Source of the DNA: Minisyncoccota bacterium
Lineage (GTDB): Bacteria > Patescibacteriota > Minisyncoccia > Phycocordibacterales > UBA9973
Length of the DNA: 64,000 nt
Direction of reading: 5' to 3'
NCBI GenBank assembly: GCA_041663005.1
Contig: JBAZRK010000001.1
Location: 28,976-92,975 of the forward strand
Positions 44,719 through 53,690 of this stretch are shown one piece after another (the first letter of the stretch is position 1; the number at the start of each line of letters is the position of its first letter). The notes under the pieces were generated by a model. That model ran no database searches. It was not told the DNA's origin and was given only the letters and a program-made list of their open reading frames with translations. A program made the position numbers and the translations under genes.

Positions 44719-44745
44719 ATATACAATATATAGTATACTAAGGAA
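44719..44745 (+). promoter_or_regulatory. 27-nt palindromic repeat copy A (TATAC-N8-GTATA) upstream of TrpR-like gene
   Basis: tatacaatatatagtatactaaggaat; near-identical copy at 45177-45203. Confidence 0.5.
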
Positions 44746-44753
44746 TATAAGAT

Positions 44754-45164
44754 ATGCCGCACATTTCTTCCAAAAAACTGAAGAAGGATACGCTAAGTAG
44801 GTTGTATGGCCAGTTTAGTGACGCTTTTGAAAAGTCAGCGCGTAAATCACAAGCAAAATTTTTCCTAGGTGATCTTCTGACTAAGACCGAAAAAATAATG
44901 CTCGCGAAAAGATTTGCAGTTATTTATCTATTATCTCAAGATGTGCCGATGTCTTATATTGCAGAGTCATTAGGTATGAGCTACACTACCGTTTTTAAGA
45001 TGTCACTAAAATATGATATTGGGAAATACTCTGCACTGCTTCGTTCTGTTGAACAAGAAAAAGTAGAGATATGGAAAATCTTGGAGAAGATTTTACGGGC
45101 AGGTCTGCCACCCCGAGCGGGAAGGGGGAGGTGGCGATTTTTGTATGATAACACTAAAAAGTAA
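44754..45164 (+). CDS. TrpR/YerC-like helix-turn-helix protein
   Basis: 136 aa; LTKTEKIMLAKRFAVIYLLSQDVPMSYIAESLGMSYTTVFK pattern of Trp-repressor-like family; SD aaggaa 10 nt upstream. Confidence 0.55.
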   Translation: MPHISSKKLKKDTLSRLYGQFSDAFEKSARKSQAKFFLGDLLTKTEKIMLAKRFAVIYLLSQDVPMSYIAESLGMSYTTVFKMSLKYDIGKYSALLRSVEQEKVEIWKILEKILRAGLPPRAGRGRWRFLYDNTKK

Positions 45165-45176
45165 TTTAAAAATTAG

Positions 45177-45203
45177 TATACAATATATCGTATACTAAAG
45201 AAT
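45177..45203 (+). promoter_or_regulatory. 27-nt palindromic repeat copy B (AGTATAC-N8-GTATACT) downstream of TrpR-like gene
   Basis: tatacaatatatcgtatactaaagaat; 25/27 identical to copy A. Confidence 0.5.
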
Positions 45204-45337
45204 TAGGTAGATAGAGTATTGTTAATATTAAAAATTTAACAGATTTTACAAAAAGATTATTTTGCTACATAAATCGCAAAAAAGTTAATTTTTGCGTGTT
45301 TTAAACATAGAATATGAGTGGAAAAGGAGAGCACGAA

Positions 45338-45565
45338 ATGTGTAATTATGTAGAACCTCGCACAGTTGGCAAGACGGTAGTACTCGGCGCGGAAGCGTGC
45401 CGAAGCGAGGGCAGCCGCAAGCGCGTGTTCGTCCCCGAGGTGCGTGATTCGAGGGCGCTTCGTCCTTCCGCGCCTTCGTGGATCACTGAGTTCAAAGGCC
45501 GCGCGCCCAACGGAGACATTGTTATTGTCCCCGTCGGAACCGTGTTTGATGTCATCGAAGGATGA
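45338..45565 (+). CDS. small ORF (75 aa) inside anomalous GC-rich segment, preceded by strong SD (AGGAGA-7-ATG)
   Basis: GC ~65% over 45340-45600 versus 35-45% nearby; strong RBS unusual for this genome; protein MCNYVEPRTVGKTVVLGAEAC... has no recognised family; could instead be a structured RNA. Confidence 0.3.
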   Translation: MCNYVEPRTVGKTVVLGAEACRSEGSRKRVFVPEVRDSRALRPSAPSWITEFKGRAPNGDIVIVPVGTVFDVIEG

Positions 45566-45621
45566 CATACCGCGGAGGACGGATTCCTTCACCCCGCCGG
45601 ACGCAAGTGCCGGCTTTACTT

Positions 45622-46536
45622 TTATTTAAAATAATTTTTGGAAAGATATGCGCGACCGGAGTCACCGAAAAGCATAACTACCACGTCGCCCCGTTTTAAC
45701 TTCCTTAAATATTTCTCTGTGGCATATGATACGGCGCCGGAGCCGGTGCCGCCTAGAAGGCCGTATTTTCGCGCCATTGTTTTCATCATACCGAGGCCCT
45801 CATTATCCGAGACAGGGATAAACTCATCTATAATTTTTTCATTAAGACAAGGTGTTTCGAAATCTATACCTATGCCTTCCATCCGGTAGGGCTTTGGGTG
45901 GCCCCGAGTAGAGTGAAACGAAGTATCTACGTCGACCGCTATTATTTTGATTTTCGGATTTTTTTCTTTTAAAAATTTTCCAGCGCCTGATATTGTGCCA
46001 CCAGTGCCGCCCGCTGCGATAAAGTGGGTAATCTTACCTTTTGTCTGTCGCCAGATTTCAGGTCCCAGATTTTTATAATGAGCTTTTGGGTTGGAGAGAT
46101 TAAAATATTGATTGGGCATAAAAGAATTTGGTACTTCCTTTAGCAGTTTTTCTGCGACGCTGTGCCGACTCCGAGGGTCGTGAATATCGACGGCCGGGCA
46201 ATGAATGACCTTGGCGCCGTAGGCTTCGATAGCCTTTATTTTTTCCTCGCTCATAGCAGGGGAGGCCGTAATAACTACTTTATATCCCTTGACTGCGCCA
46301 ATCATCGCGCAAGCTACGCCCTGATTGCCGGATGAGGATTCAATGAGGGTGCCACCAGGTTTTAAGTTACCTTTTTTCTCGGCTTCTTCAATCATAAAAA
46401 GCGCCGAGCGGTCCTTTATACTGCCACCGGGGTTTAGATATTCGAGCTTGGCGAAAATCTTTGCCGAGGACTTGAAGGGGACTGGCACGATAGGCGTATT
46501 GCCTATAAAATCTAGTAAATTGTTTCTATTTTTCAT
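45622..46536 (-). CDS. cysteine synthase family PLP enzyme (CysK/CysM/CBS-like)
   Basis: 304 aa; GNTPIVPV, PLP-lysine motif GGSIKDRSAL, SSGNQGVACA, Gly-rich GTGGT loop. Confidence 0.8.
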   Translation of the reverse strand: MKNRNNLLDFIGNTPIVPVPFKSSAKIFAKLEYLNPGGSIKDRSALFMIEEAEKKGNLKPGGTLIESSSGNQGVACAMIGAVKGYKVVITASPAMSEEKIKAIEAYGAKVIHCPAVDIHDPRSRHSVAEKLLKEVPNSFMPNQYFNLSNPKAHYKNLGPEIWRQTKGKITHFIAAGGTGGTISGAGKFLKEKNPKIKIIAVDVDTSFHSTRGHPKPYRMEGIGIDFETPCLNEKIIDEFIPVSDNEGLGMMKTMARKYGLLGGTGSGAVSYATEKYLRKLKRGDVVVMLFGDSGRAYLSKNYFK

Positions 46537-46629
46537 ATTTAAACGATATCGCCAAAACTAAGCGGTGTGAAGTTTTACAACACTCATATTGCAATTGTGA
46601 CTTTTTGTAAAATCTGTTAGAATATAGAA

Positions 46630-47286
46630 ATGATCAAAATTCAGCCAATTGTGCGGGAAATTGTGAAAAAAGAGTTTGAGGCCTACCTGGCGCTCACTAA
46701 TGGTTATATGAATATGTCGAGTTATGCGTACCGCATCAAACCCAAAGTTGAGGAGCTCACCAAGAAACAAGTGACAATCACAAGCTTGGTCGTTTCTCTT
46801 TCGCGCTTGCGTAAAGAATTTAAAAAAGCGAAGCCCCTGATTCACGATGTACATATAACCAACATAACCACTAAGCTGCCATTAACGGAGCTAGCATATG
46901 ACAACAGCCCGGCGCTTAATCGAGAGCTAGAATCTTTACAGAAAAATATTTCTGCGTCGCACGAAGACTTTTTCACCGTTACTAAGGGCTTGACGGAAGT
47001 TGACATTATTTGCTCCTCAAGTCTCGAGAAGAAAGTGCTAAAACATTTCAAAATAAAACCAAAAATCATAAATCATAATTTCGCGGCCGTCGGCGTGGCT
47101 TACGGTCCGGAAGTTTTCGGAACCCCGAACGTATTTTTCTCGCTTCTCTCGGTAACTTCTCGCGCCCGGATCAATATCGAGGAATTAGTGTCGACACCCA
47201 CAGAGCTTGTTTTCATTGTAGCGGAGAAAGATTTTGCCCAGACGGTGGCACTTTTCTCAGAATTGCATAGACAAACCAATCAATGA
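46630..47286 (+). CDS. hypothetical protein with C-terminal ACT-like segment
   Basis: 218 aa; no confident family. Confidence 0.45.
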   Translation: MIKIQPIVREIVKKEFEAYLALTNGYMNMSSYAYRIKPKVEELTKKQVTITSLVVSLSRLRKEFKKAKPLIHDVHITNITTKLPLTELAYDNSPALNRELESLQKNISASHEDFFTVTKGLTEVDIICSSSLEKKVLKHFKIKPKIINHNFAAVGVAYGPEVFGTPNVFFSLLSVTSRARINIEELVSTPTELVFIVAEKDFAQTVALFSELHRQTNQ

Positions 47287-47298
47287 TATACTCTTGAT

Positions 47299-47790
47299 AT
47301 GAAAATTTACATCGGCGCCGACCACACTGGATTTGAGCTGAAGGATAAATTGAAAACCTATCTCACCGAGCTTGGGCTCGGGTACGAAGTTGTCGACAAA
47401 GGTCCATTTACTTATGATGCATCGGACGATTATCCCGATTTCATCAGACCGGTGGCGGAAGCTGTGGCTAAGGATGAAGGAAGTTTTGGCGTGGTGTTAG
47501 GAGGCTCGGGCCAGGGAGAAGCTATGGCCGCTAACCGCGTGCCAGGAGCCAGGGCCGCGGTTTTTTATGCAGAAGCAGTTGCGGCAGCTGCTATTGATGT
47601 GTCTGGTACTAAAAGCAGTGATCCGTACGAAATAATTAAGCTGGCTCGGATTCATAATAACGCCAACATCATATCTTTAAGTATGAGATTTCTTTCTGAA
47701 GACCAGATAAAATTTGCGATAGAGCTTTTCCTTAAGACTCCTTTTCCCGGAGAAGCGAGACATATTAAGAGAATCCAGAAGCTTGGTTAA
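47299..47790 (+). CDS. rpiB: ribose-5-phosphate isomerase B
   Basis: 163 aa; MKIYIGADHTGFELK, GGSGQGEAMAANRVPGARAA as in RpiB/LacAB. Confidence 0.85.
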   Translation: MKIYIGADHTGFELKDKLKTYLTELGLGYEVVDKGPFTYDASDDYPDFIRPVAEAVAKDEGSFGVVLGGSGQGEAMAANRVPGARAAVFYAEAVAAAAIDVSGTKSSDPYEIIKLARIHNNANIISLSMRFLSEDQIKFAIELFLKTPFPGEARHIKRIQKLG

Positions 47791-47792
47791 AT

Positions 47793-48596
47793 ATGGAAAA
47801 CAAATCTCAAGAACTTGAAATCGCAATCAAGGCAGCGCTAGAGGCTGGCGTTATTTTGGAGAAATATTTCGAGACGGAAATTTTGAAAGAATTTAAAGAG
47901 GACAATACACCTGTCACGCTCGCCGACAACGAGTGCGAGGCGGCAATTAAGAAAATAATTTTAGAAGCTTTCCCCACCCATTCCATTCTTGGAGAAGAAA
48001 CGGGGATGACTGAAAATGGAAGCGAATATGTCTGGAACATAGATCCGATTGATGGAACCCGAAATTTTATGAACGGCATTCCCATCTTTGCCGTGTCGGT
48101 AGCTTTGGTGAAAAATGATCAAGTTGTCGTCGGCGTTATTCATAACCCCATAACCCATTCACTGTTCTATGCTGAGAAGGGCAGAGGCGCGTATTTCAAC
48201 GACAAGCAGATATTTGTTTCAAAAGACGGCCGTGAACACGCAATGATAAGTATCTCACCGGGAAAGAAGACCGACCCAGCCAAGCTCCTGTTTCGGGAGC
48301 TTTATTATAATTTTAAACAAGGGGTGGTAAGCTCGGTAAGAAATTTTGGCTGTACAGCTATGGAGCTTGCTTATGTGGCGCGCGGAGCGCTAGAGGCCAA
48401 CGTACAGCTGGGACTATCCACGTATGATTTTGCCGCGGGGGTGCTTCTGATAGAAGAAGCGGGTGGTACTATTACCAAGCACGATGGCGGGCTGTGGCAG
48501 TTTCCGGATGGTGAATTTATCGCTTCTAACGGACTTTTCCATGATGTTTTAGTGGAAGAAATTAAAAAGCAGAAAGAGAAATTAAATATTAAGTAA
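47793..48596 (+). CDS. inositol monophosphatase family protein
   Basis: 267 aa; WNIDPIDGT metal-binding motif and downstream GxxD elements. Confidence 0.8.
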   Translation: MENKSQELEIAIKAALEAGVILEKYFETEILKEFKEDNTPVTLADNECEAAIKKIILEAFPTHSILGEETGMTENGSEYVWNIDPIDGTRNFMNGIPIFAVSVALVKNDQVVVGVIHNPITHSLFYAEKGRGAYFNDKQIFVSKDGREHAMISISPGKKTDPAKLLFRELYYNFKQGVVSSVRNFGCTAMELAYVARGALEANVQLGLSTYDFAAGVLLIEEAGGTITKHDGGLWQFPDGEFIASNGLFHDVLVEEIKKQKEKLNIK

Positions 48597-48600
48597 AAAT

Positions 48601-49302
48601 ATGAAAGCTATTACCCCGGCAATTTTAGATAAGGATTTCGATGAGATAAAAAACAAGCTTGCGTTTATGCGTGGGCGAACCAGGTGCGTGCAGATTGATT
48701 TCTGTGATGGAGCGTTTGTGCCGAGCACCACTTGGCCTTTCGCTTCGGGCGGATTGGAGGATATTAATTTCAGGAAAATAGTGAACGAAGAAGAGGGTAT
48801 GCCTTACTGGGAAGATTTCGATTTTGAGTTCGATATGATGGTGATGGATGCAGTAGAGAATTTCGACATCTATATGAAGCTGGGGCCGAAAAGAATAATT
48901 TTCCACTTGGCAGCCCAGAAAAACTTGGCCGAATTTGAAGAATTTTTGGAGGGGATAGACAATTATGTACGTGATAACGTTGAAATTGGCGTGGCGGTGC
49001 TTCCTAATACGGATTTGTCGATGCTAGGTAGCTTGATAGGTAAGGTGGATTTCGTGCAATGTATGGGTATTGATAAGATTGGCTTTCAAGGGCAAGCTTT
49101 CAACCCTGTAATACTGGAAAAGATTAAATTTCTGAAAGATAAGTTCCCCGGTTTGCCGGTGGCTGTTGACGGCAGCGTGAATTTGGATACTGCTGAGGAT
49201 ATTATAGCTGCAGGCGCGGACAGGTTGGGGGTAGGGAGTGCCATATGGAAGGCTCCGGACCCGATAGGAGCTTTGGAAAAATTTGAAAGTCTGATACAAT
49301 AA
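48601..49302 (+). CDS. rpe: ribulose-phosphate 3-epimerase
   Basis: 233 aa; ITPAILDKDF and QIDFCDGAFVPS align with Rpe SxLSADF / HxDVMDGHFVPN; C-terminal VDGSVN..GA. Confidence 0.7.
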   Translation: MKAITPAILDKDFDEIKNKLAFMRGRTRCVQIDFCDGAFVPSTTWPFASGGLEDINFRKIVNEEEGMPYWEDFDFEFDMMVMDAVENFDIYMKLGPKRIIFHLAAQKNLAEFEEFLEGIDNYVRDNVEIGVAVLPNTDLSMLGSLIGKVDFVQCMGIDKIGFQGQAFNPVILEKIKFLKDKFPGLPVAVDGSVNLDTAEDIIAAGADRLGVGSAIWKAPDPIGALEKFESLIQ

Positions 49303-49308
49303 AAAGTA

Positions 49309-50184
49309 ATGGCATTTTTGTCTGAAGAGAAAACAAAAGAACTTGCGAATAAAGCGAACGACATTCGTATGTCTATTATTACGATGCTAGCGGCTGCGAA
49401 GAGCGGACACACGGCTGGACCGCTTGGAATGTCAGACATATTTGCACTTTTTTATTTTCATATATTGAAACACGACCCTAAGAACCCGACCTGGCCGGAG
49501 CGCGACAGAGTGATACTTTCAAACGGTCACATTTGTCCCGTTTTGTATGCCGCAATGGCTCATTCGGGATATTTCCCTGTGGAAGAATTGCAAACTTTAA
49601 GAAAGCTGGGCAGCCGCTTGCAAGGTCATCCGCACCGCGAATTTCTACCAATGCTTGAAACTTCGTCAGGCCCACTCGGCTCCGGTCTTTCTCAGGCTGT
49701 GGGTATGGCTCTCGCTGATAAAATTGATAAAAAGGACAAAGGGAGATTTATTTACTGCTTTATGGGAGACGGGGAATTAGACGAAGGAAATATCTGGGAA
49801 GCGGCAATGCTCGCCGGTAAATATAAATTAGGAAATATTATCTCCGTTATAGACAGGAACAATATTCAGATTGAGGGCGTAACTGAAGAAGTTCTTCCGC
49901 TTGAACCTCTGCAATCCAAGTGGCGAAGTTTCGGCTGGCACGTGATAGAAGTTTCAGGGCACGATTTTCGTGCATTGAACGAAGCTGTAGAAGAAGCTCA
50001 AGCGATTTTCGATAAGCCTATCGTACTTATTGCGCACACGATTCCAGGCAAAGGCGTGTCTTTTATGGAAGGAGATTATAGATGGCACGGCAATCCGCCT
50101 GGTTCGATAGAACCAGCAGGTGCGCCTCCTAAGTCTGAACAAGTCAAAGTCGCACTTGAAGAACTTCAAGCAAATAGATTTTAA
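49309..50184 (+). CDS. transketolase, N-terminal (TPP-binding) subunit of split enzyme
   Basis: 291 aa; GHTAGPLGMSDIFALFYFHILKHDPKNPTWPERDRVILSNGH matches TktA N-terminus. Confidence 0.85.
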   Translation: MAFLSEEKTKELANKANDIRMSIITMLAAAKSGHTAGPLGMSDIFALFYFHILKHDPKNPTWPERDRVILSNGHICPVLYAAMAHSGYFPVEELQTLRKLGSRLQGHPHREFLPMLETSSGPLGSGLSQAVGMALADKIDKKDKGRFIYCFMGDGELDEGNIWEAAMLAGKYKLGNIISVIDRNNIQIEGVTEEVLPLEPLQSKWRSFGWHVIEVSGHDFRALNEAVEEAQAIFDKPIVLIAHTIPGKGVSFMEGDYRWHGNPPGSIEPAGAPPKSEQVKVALEELQANRF

Positions 50185-50187
50185 AAT

Positions 50188-51186
50188 ATGTTAAATCCAG
50201 ACTTAAAACTTAATCCGAAAATTTTTAACGCCGACGTTGAGCAAATACCCACGCGCAAAGGCTTCGGGCAGGGACTCTTGGCTGCCGGAGAAGCGGATCC
50301 TAATATTGTCGGACTTTGTGCTGATTTAACCGAGAGCACGCAGATGCATCTCTTCGCGGCAAAGTTTCCAGAGAGATTTGTGCAAGTTGGGGTCGCAGAA
50401 CAAAATCTAGTCACTGTGGCGGCCGGAATGGCTGCGATGGGAAAAATTCCTTTCTGTTCTTCATACGCAATGTTTTCTCCGGGGCGCAACTGGGAACAGA
50501 TACGAACAACAGCTTCCTATAATGACCAGCCTGTTAAAGTCGTGGGCTCTCACTCTGGAATTTCCGTGGGGCCTGACGGGGGAACGCACCAAGCGCTAGA
50601 AGACATAGCTCTTATGCGCATACTTCCGAATATGGATGTGGTTTCGCCCTGCGACGCCATTGAAGCAAAAAAGGCAACGCTTGCAATCGCGAAAACGAAA
50701 AAGCCGGCCTACATAAGACTGGTCCGAGAGAAAACGCCGGTGGTTACTACAGAAGAAACACCATTTGCGTTAGGTAAAGCTGAAATTTACTGGATGCCGG
50801 ACAATGGACTCGCCCAAGTGGGGATTATCGTGACCGGAGGATTAGTTTGCAAAGCATTGTTTGCTGCCAAAGAGCTCGAAGCTGAAGGAGTGAAAACGAA
50901 AGTTCTCAACTTGGCCACGATTAAACCTCTTGATACTGAGGCGATTATTGCGCTTGCAAAAGAATGTAAAAAAATTGTTACTGTAGAGGAGCACCAAGTA
51001 GCCGGAGGGATGGGTAGTGCCGTAGCGGAAACACTAGCGCAAAATTATCCGGTACCTATTGAATTCGTCGGCGTGCACGACCTTTTCGGACAGTCTGGTA
51101 CCCCCGATGAACTTATTGAACACTATGGAATGGGTAAAGACGCTATCAAAGAAGCGGTAAAGAAAATTCTCGCTAGAAAAGCTTAG
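50188..51186 (+). CDS. transketolase, C-terminal (pyrimidine-binding + C-terminal domain) subunit
   Basis: 332 aa; VGVAEQN motif, GxHxG region (GSHSGISVGPDGGTHQ). Confidence 0.85.
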   Translation: MLNPDLKLNPKIFNADVEQIPTRKGFGQGLLAAGEADPNIVGLCADLTESTQMHLFAAKFPERFVQVGVAEQNLVTVAAGMAAMGKIPFCSSYAMFSPGRNWEQIRTTASYNDQPVKVVGSHSGISVGPDGGTHQALEDIALMRILPNMDVVSPCDAIEAKKATLAIAKTKKPAYIRLVREKTPVVTTEETPFALGKAEIYWMPDNGLAQVGIIVTGGLVCKALFAAKELEAEGVKTKVLNLATIKPLDTEAIIALAKECKKIVTVEEHQVAGGMGSAVAETLAQNYPVPIEFVGVHDLFGQSGTPDELIEHYGMGKDAIKEAVKKILARKA

Positions 51187-51189
51187 CTT

Positions 51190-52188
51190 TTATATTTTAT
51201 TCACTTTGTAGCTCTCAGGGGCGTTTTTTAAATATTCCTCAATTTTGTCAGGAGTCAGGAGTCCGACGTTGGCGCCGACTTTCTGGACAACCGCCATAGA
51301 ATTTATCCCCGCCCAAGCCAGGGCTTCTGGTAAAGTTTTACCAAGAGCTAGCGCTGAAGTGATTGTAGAAGAAAAGGCATCGCCTGCGCCTGTGCGGGAA
51401 TACGGCGGTTTCGGGTCAGGATAGATGGGCGTTTGCCAATAATCAACGCCATCATAGGCGTATGCACCTTTAGGGCCGTCAGTAATGACTACAGTTTTAG
51501 GTCCTAGTTTATGTATCTCGGATAAAAGCTCTTTAATTTCTTTTTCTTTTCCTCCTAAAATTTTTTCTGCTTCTTCCACGTTACAGAAGAAAAGTTTCGA
51601 GAGCTTATAGAATCGGGTGAGTTTTTCCGCGCCAAGTTTTATTTCAAATTTACCAGGCTGGAAAGCCAAATTTATCTCGGGATGTTTCTCTAAATAATCT
51701 GCTACTTTGTTGTGAAAGTCTGGGTATGCTGTTTCGTTAACCGAACTAAAGTATATCCATTTAGGACTGCCAATTGGAGGCAAGATATATTCATAATTTT
51801 GATGTTTTATGAGAATAGTGCGCTCAGGCCCATACCACAGCACGTAGTGGTAGTTAGTTTTCATTCCCGCATTTACGCGCACGAAATCCATCACAACATT
51901 ATTTTTCTTAAACTCCGCTATACAGTCTTCTCCCTCGCGGTCTTCTCCCAAGTTAGTTACAATGCCGGTTTTGAGCCCCAGTCGGGCAGCCGAGATGGCG
52001 GCATTGGCAGCGTTACCTACGGCGGGTATTACGAAAACGTCCTCATATTCAACCTTTTCCGCGAAAGGAATAGCTATTTCATAGCTTGGAGTATCAGGTT
52101 CGCCCAGGATTTCTGCCTTTTTAAGCTTAATAAACGCATCTATGACCGTATCCCCAATAGACAGGAATTCTATTTTATTTTCATTCAT
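51190..52188 (-). CDS. PfkB-family carbohydrate kinase (ribokinase-like)
   Basis: 332 aa; C-terminal RTGAGDAFSS anion-hole motif, N-terminal GG pattern. Confidence 0.8.
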   Translation of the reverse strand: MNENKIEFLSIGDTVIDAFIKLKKAEILGEPDTPSYEIAIPFAEKVEYEDVFVIPAVGNAANAAISAARLGLKTGIVTNLGEDREGEDCIAEFKKNNVVMDFVRVNAGMKTNYHYVLWYGPERTILIKHQNYEYILPPIGSPKWIYFSSVNETAYPDFHNKVADYLEKHPEINLAFQPGKFEIKLGAEKLTRFYKLSKLFFCNVEEAEKILGGKEKEIKELLSEIHKLGPKTVVITDGPKGAYAYDGVDYWQTPIYPDPKPPYSRTGAGDAFSSTITSALALGKTLPEALAWAGINSMAVVQKVGANVGLLTPDKIEEYLKNAPESYKVNKI

Positions 52189-52222
52189 GATATTATTTTA
52201 ACATAAAAAGTAACCTAATAAA

Positions 52223-53629
52223 ATGTCTAAAAAACTAATTTTAGTTTTGACGATGGGTATATTTTTCTCGGGTTTTAGTGTGGCTAACGCAGCGTTGGTG
52301 ATTAATGAATTTGTATCCGATCCTGATTCGGGGTCGGAATGGATTGAGCTCAAGAATGATTCTTCTTCGGAAATAAATCTTGACGGTTGGAGTTGGACGG
52401 AGCTAGCAAGTCCTGGCGGAGATACGGAGCACGAAAGCTCGCAGAAAAATTTAAGTGGTACTGTGTCAGCGAACGGATTTTTCGTATTCGAAATGTCGAG
52501 CGCGCTCAACAATGCCGGTGATTCTATCGGCCTTTATAACGGCGGGAATTTAGTAGATAGAGTTAGTTTCGGCACTGTGGCCGGATATTCGAAAAATTTA
52601 GATGCTTCCGCCAAGGGTAAGTCAGGGGCGCTAGTTTCTGGCAACTGGCAGACCAACCAAGTGCCAACTAAGGGCGGGGCCAATGCTTCCGGAGGTTCTT
52701 CAGAGAATAACAGTGAAGATAATAATGATAGTAACTCGTCTCAGGGCAGTAGCAGTTCATCGGACACCCCCGCAACTGTAGCAACTCCTGCGAAAATAAA
52801 AACAGAAGTTACTGTCCGCAGTGTTGCCTATGTCGGTATTCCACAATCATTCCAGGGGAAAGTTATGCAGGGCGGGACGCAGTTGTCTCACGGGCGATAC
52901 TTTTGGAATTTTGGAGATGGTGATTTTCGTGAGGTTAAAGTCATAAATACTGACAAGTTTACGCATACTTATTATTATCCTGGTGACTATACTATAGTAT
53001 TCGAATATTACCCGGACCATTTTGCCGAAGAGCCCGAGGCTACCACGAAAATTAATATCAAAGTAATAAAGCCGGAGGTTACAATTTCGAGAGTTGGAGA
53101 CGCAAGTGATTTCTTTGTTGAGCTCATGAACAATACTTCTTACGATGTTGACTTATCTCTCTGGAAACTTTCGAGTCATAGCAAAAGTTTTACAATTCCA
53201 AAAAATACCAATATCTTTGCTAACAAAAAACTCATCATATCTGGTCGTACCAGCGGACTCAATATTTCCGATTTACCGGGGCTTAAACTTGTGTCTCCGG
53301 ACCAAGAAACTATTTTCGAATATTTTTCATACGCTCCGTCGGCAAAAGCTATACCGAAAGCTCCTAAATCCGTAGGGGTAAATAATTCACAAAATCTTAC
53401 GCCAGAACTAGTGCTAGGAGATGATGATACGAGCTTCCGCAATTTGGGTGCCAATGTCGCTCTCGCGGATGCAGGCGACGACTATGATACTTCAGGTTTA
53501 TTCTCGTCCTTAATTTGGCCCGTTGTCTTCCTAGGATTTATGAGCGTATCGGCTTATGCGGTCTATCTTGTGAGGCAGAAAAAAGCCTCACCTAATGCGA
53601 GCGATGAGTTTGAAATTTTAGATGAATAA
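52223..53629 (+). CDS. lamin-tail-domain (LTD) surface protein with signal peptide and C-terminal membrane anchor
   Basis: 468 aa; LVINEFVSDPDSGSEWIELKNDSSSEINLDGWSW = LTD signature; second LTD-like module (FFVELMNNTSYDVDLSLWKL); Ser-rich linker; C-terminal TM + KK. Confidence 0.7.
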   Translation: MSKKLILVLTMGIFFSGFSVANAALVINEFVSDPDSGSEWIELKNDSSSEINLDGWSWTELASPGGDTEHESSQKNLSGTVSANGFFVFEMSSALNNAGDSIGLYNGGNLVDRVSFGTVAGYSKNLDASAKGKSGALVSGNWQTNQVPTKGGANASGGSSENNSEDNNDSNSSQGSSSSSDTPATVATPAKIKTEVTVRSVAYVGIPQSFQGKVMQGGTQLSHGRYFWNFGDGDFREVKVINTDKFTHTYYYPGDYTIVFEYYPDHFAEEPEATTKINIKVIKPEVTISRVGDASDFFVELMNNTSYDVDLSLWKLSSHSKSFTIPKNTNIFANKKLIISGRTSGLNISDLPGLKLVSPDQETIFEYFSYAPSAKAIPKAPKSVGVNNSQNLTPELVLGDDDTSFRNLGANVALADAGDDYDTSGLFSSLIWPVVFLGFMSVSAYAVYLVRQKKASPNASDEFEILDE

Positions 53630-53690
53630 CTATTTATAGCATCCTAGCTTAAAAGTAGCTTCAGAGTTTAAATTCTGTTATATTTTAGGG

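Noticed and set aside
45257-45592. 111-aa minus-strand ORF across the GC-rich segment
   Set aside because: No RBS. It overlaps the plus-strand ORF that has a strong SD and is most likely a by-product of the GC-rich composition. The segment itself is kept as a finding.
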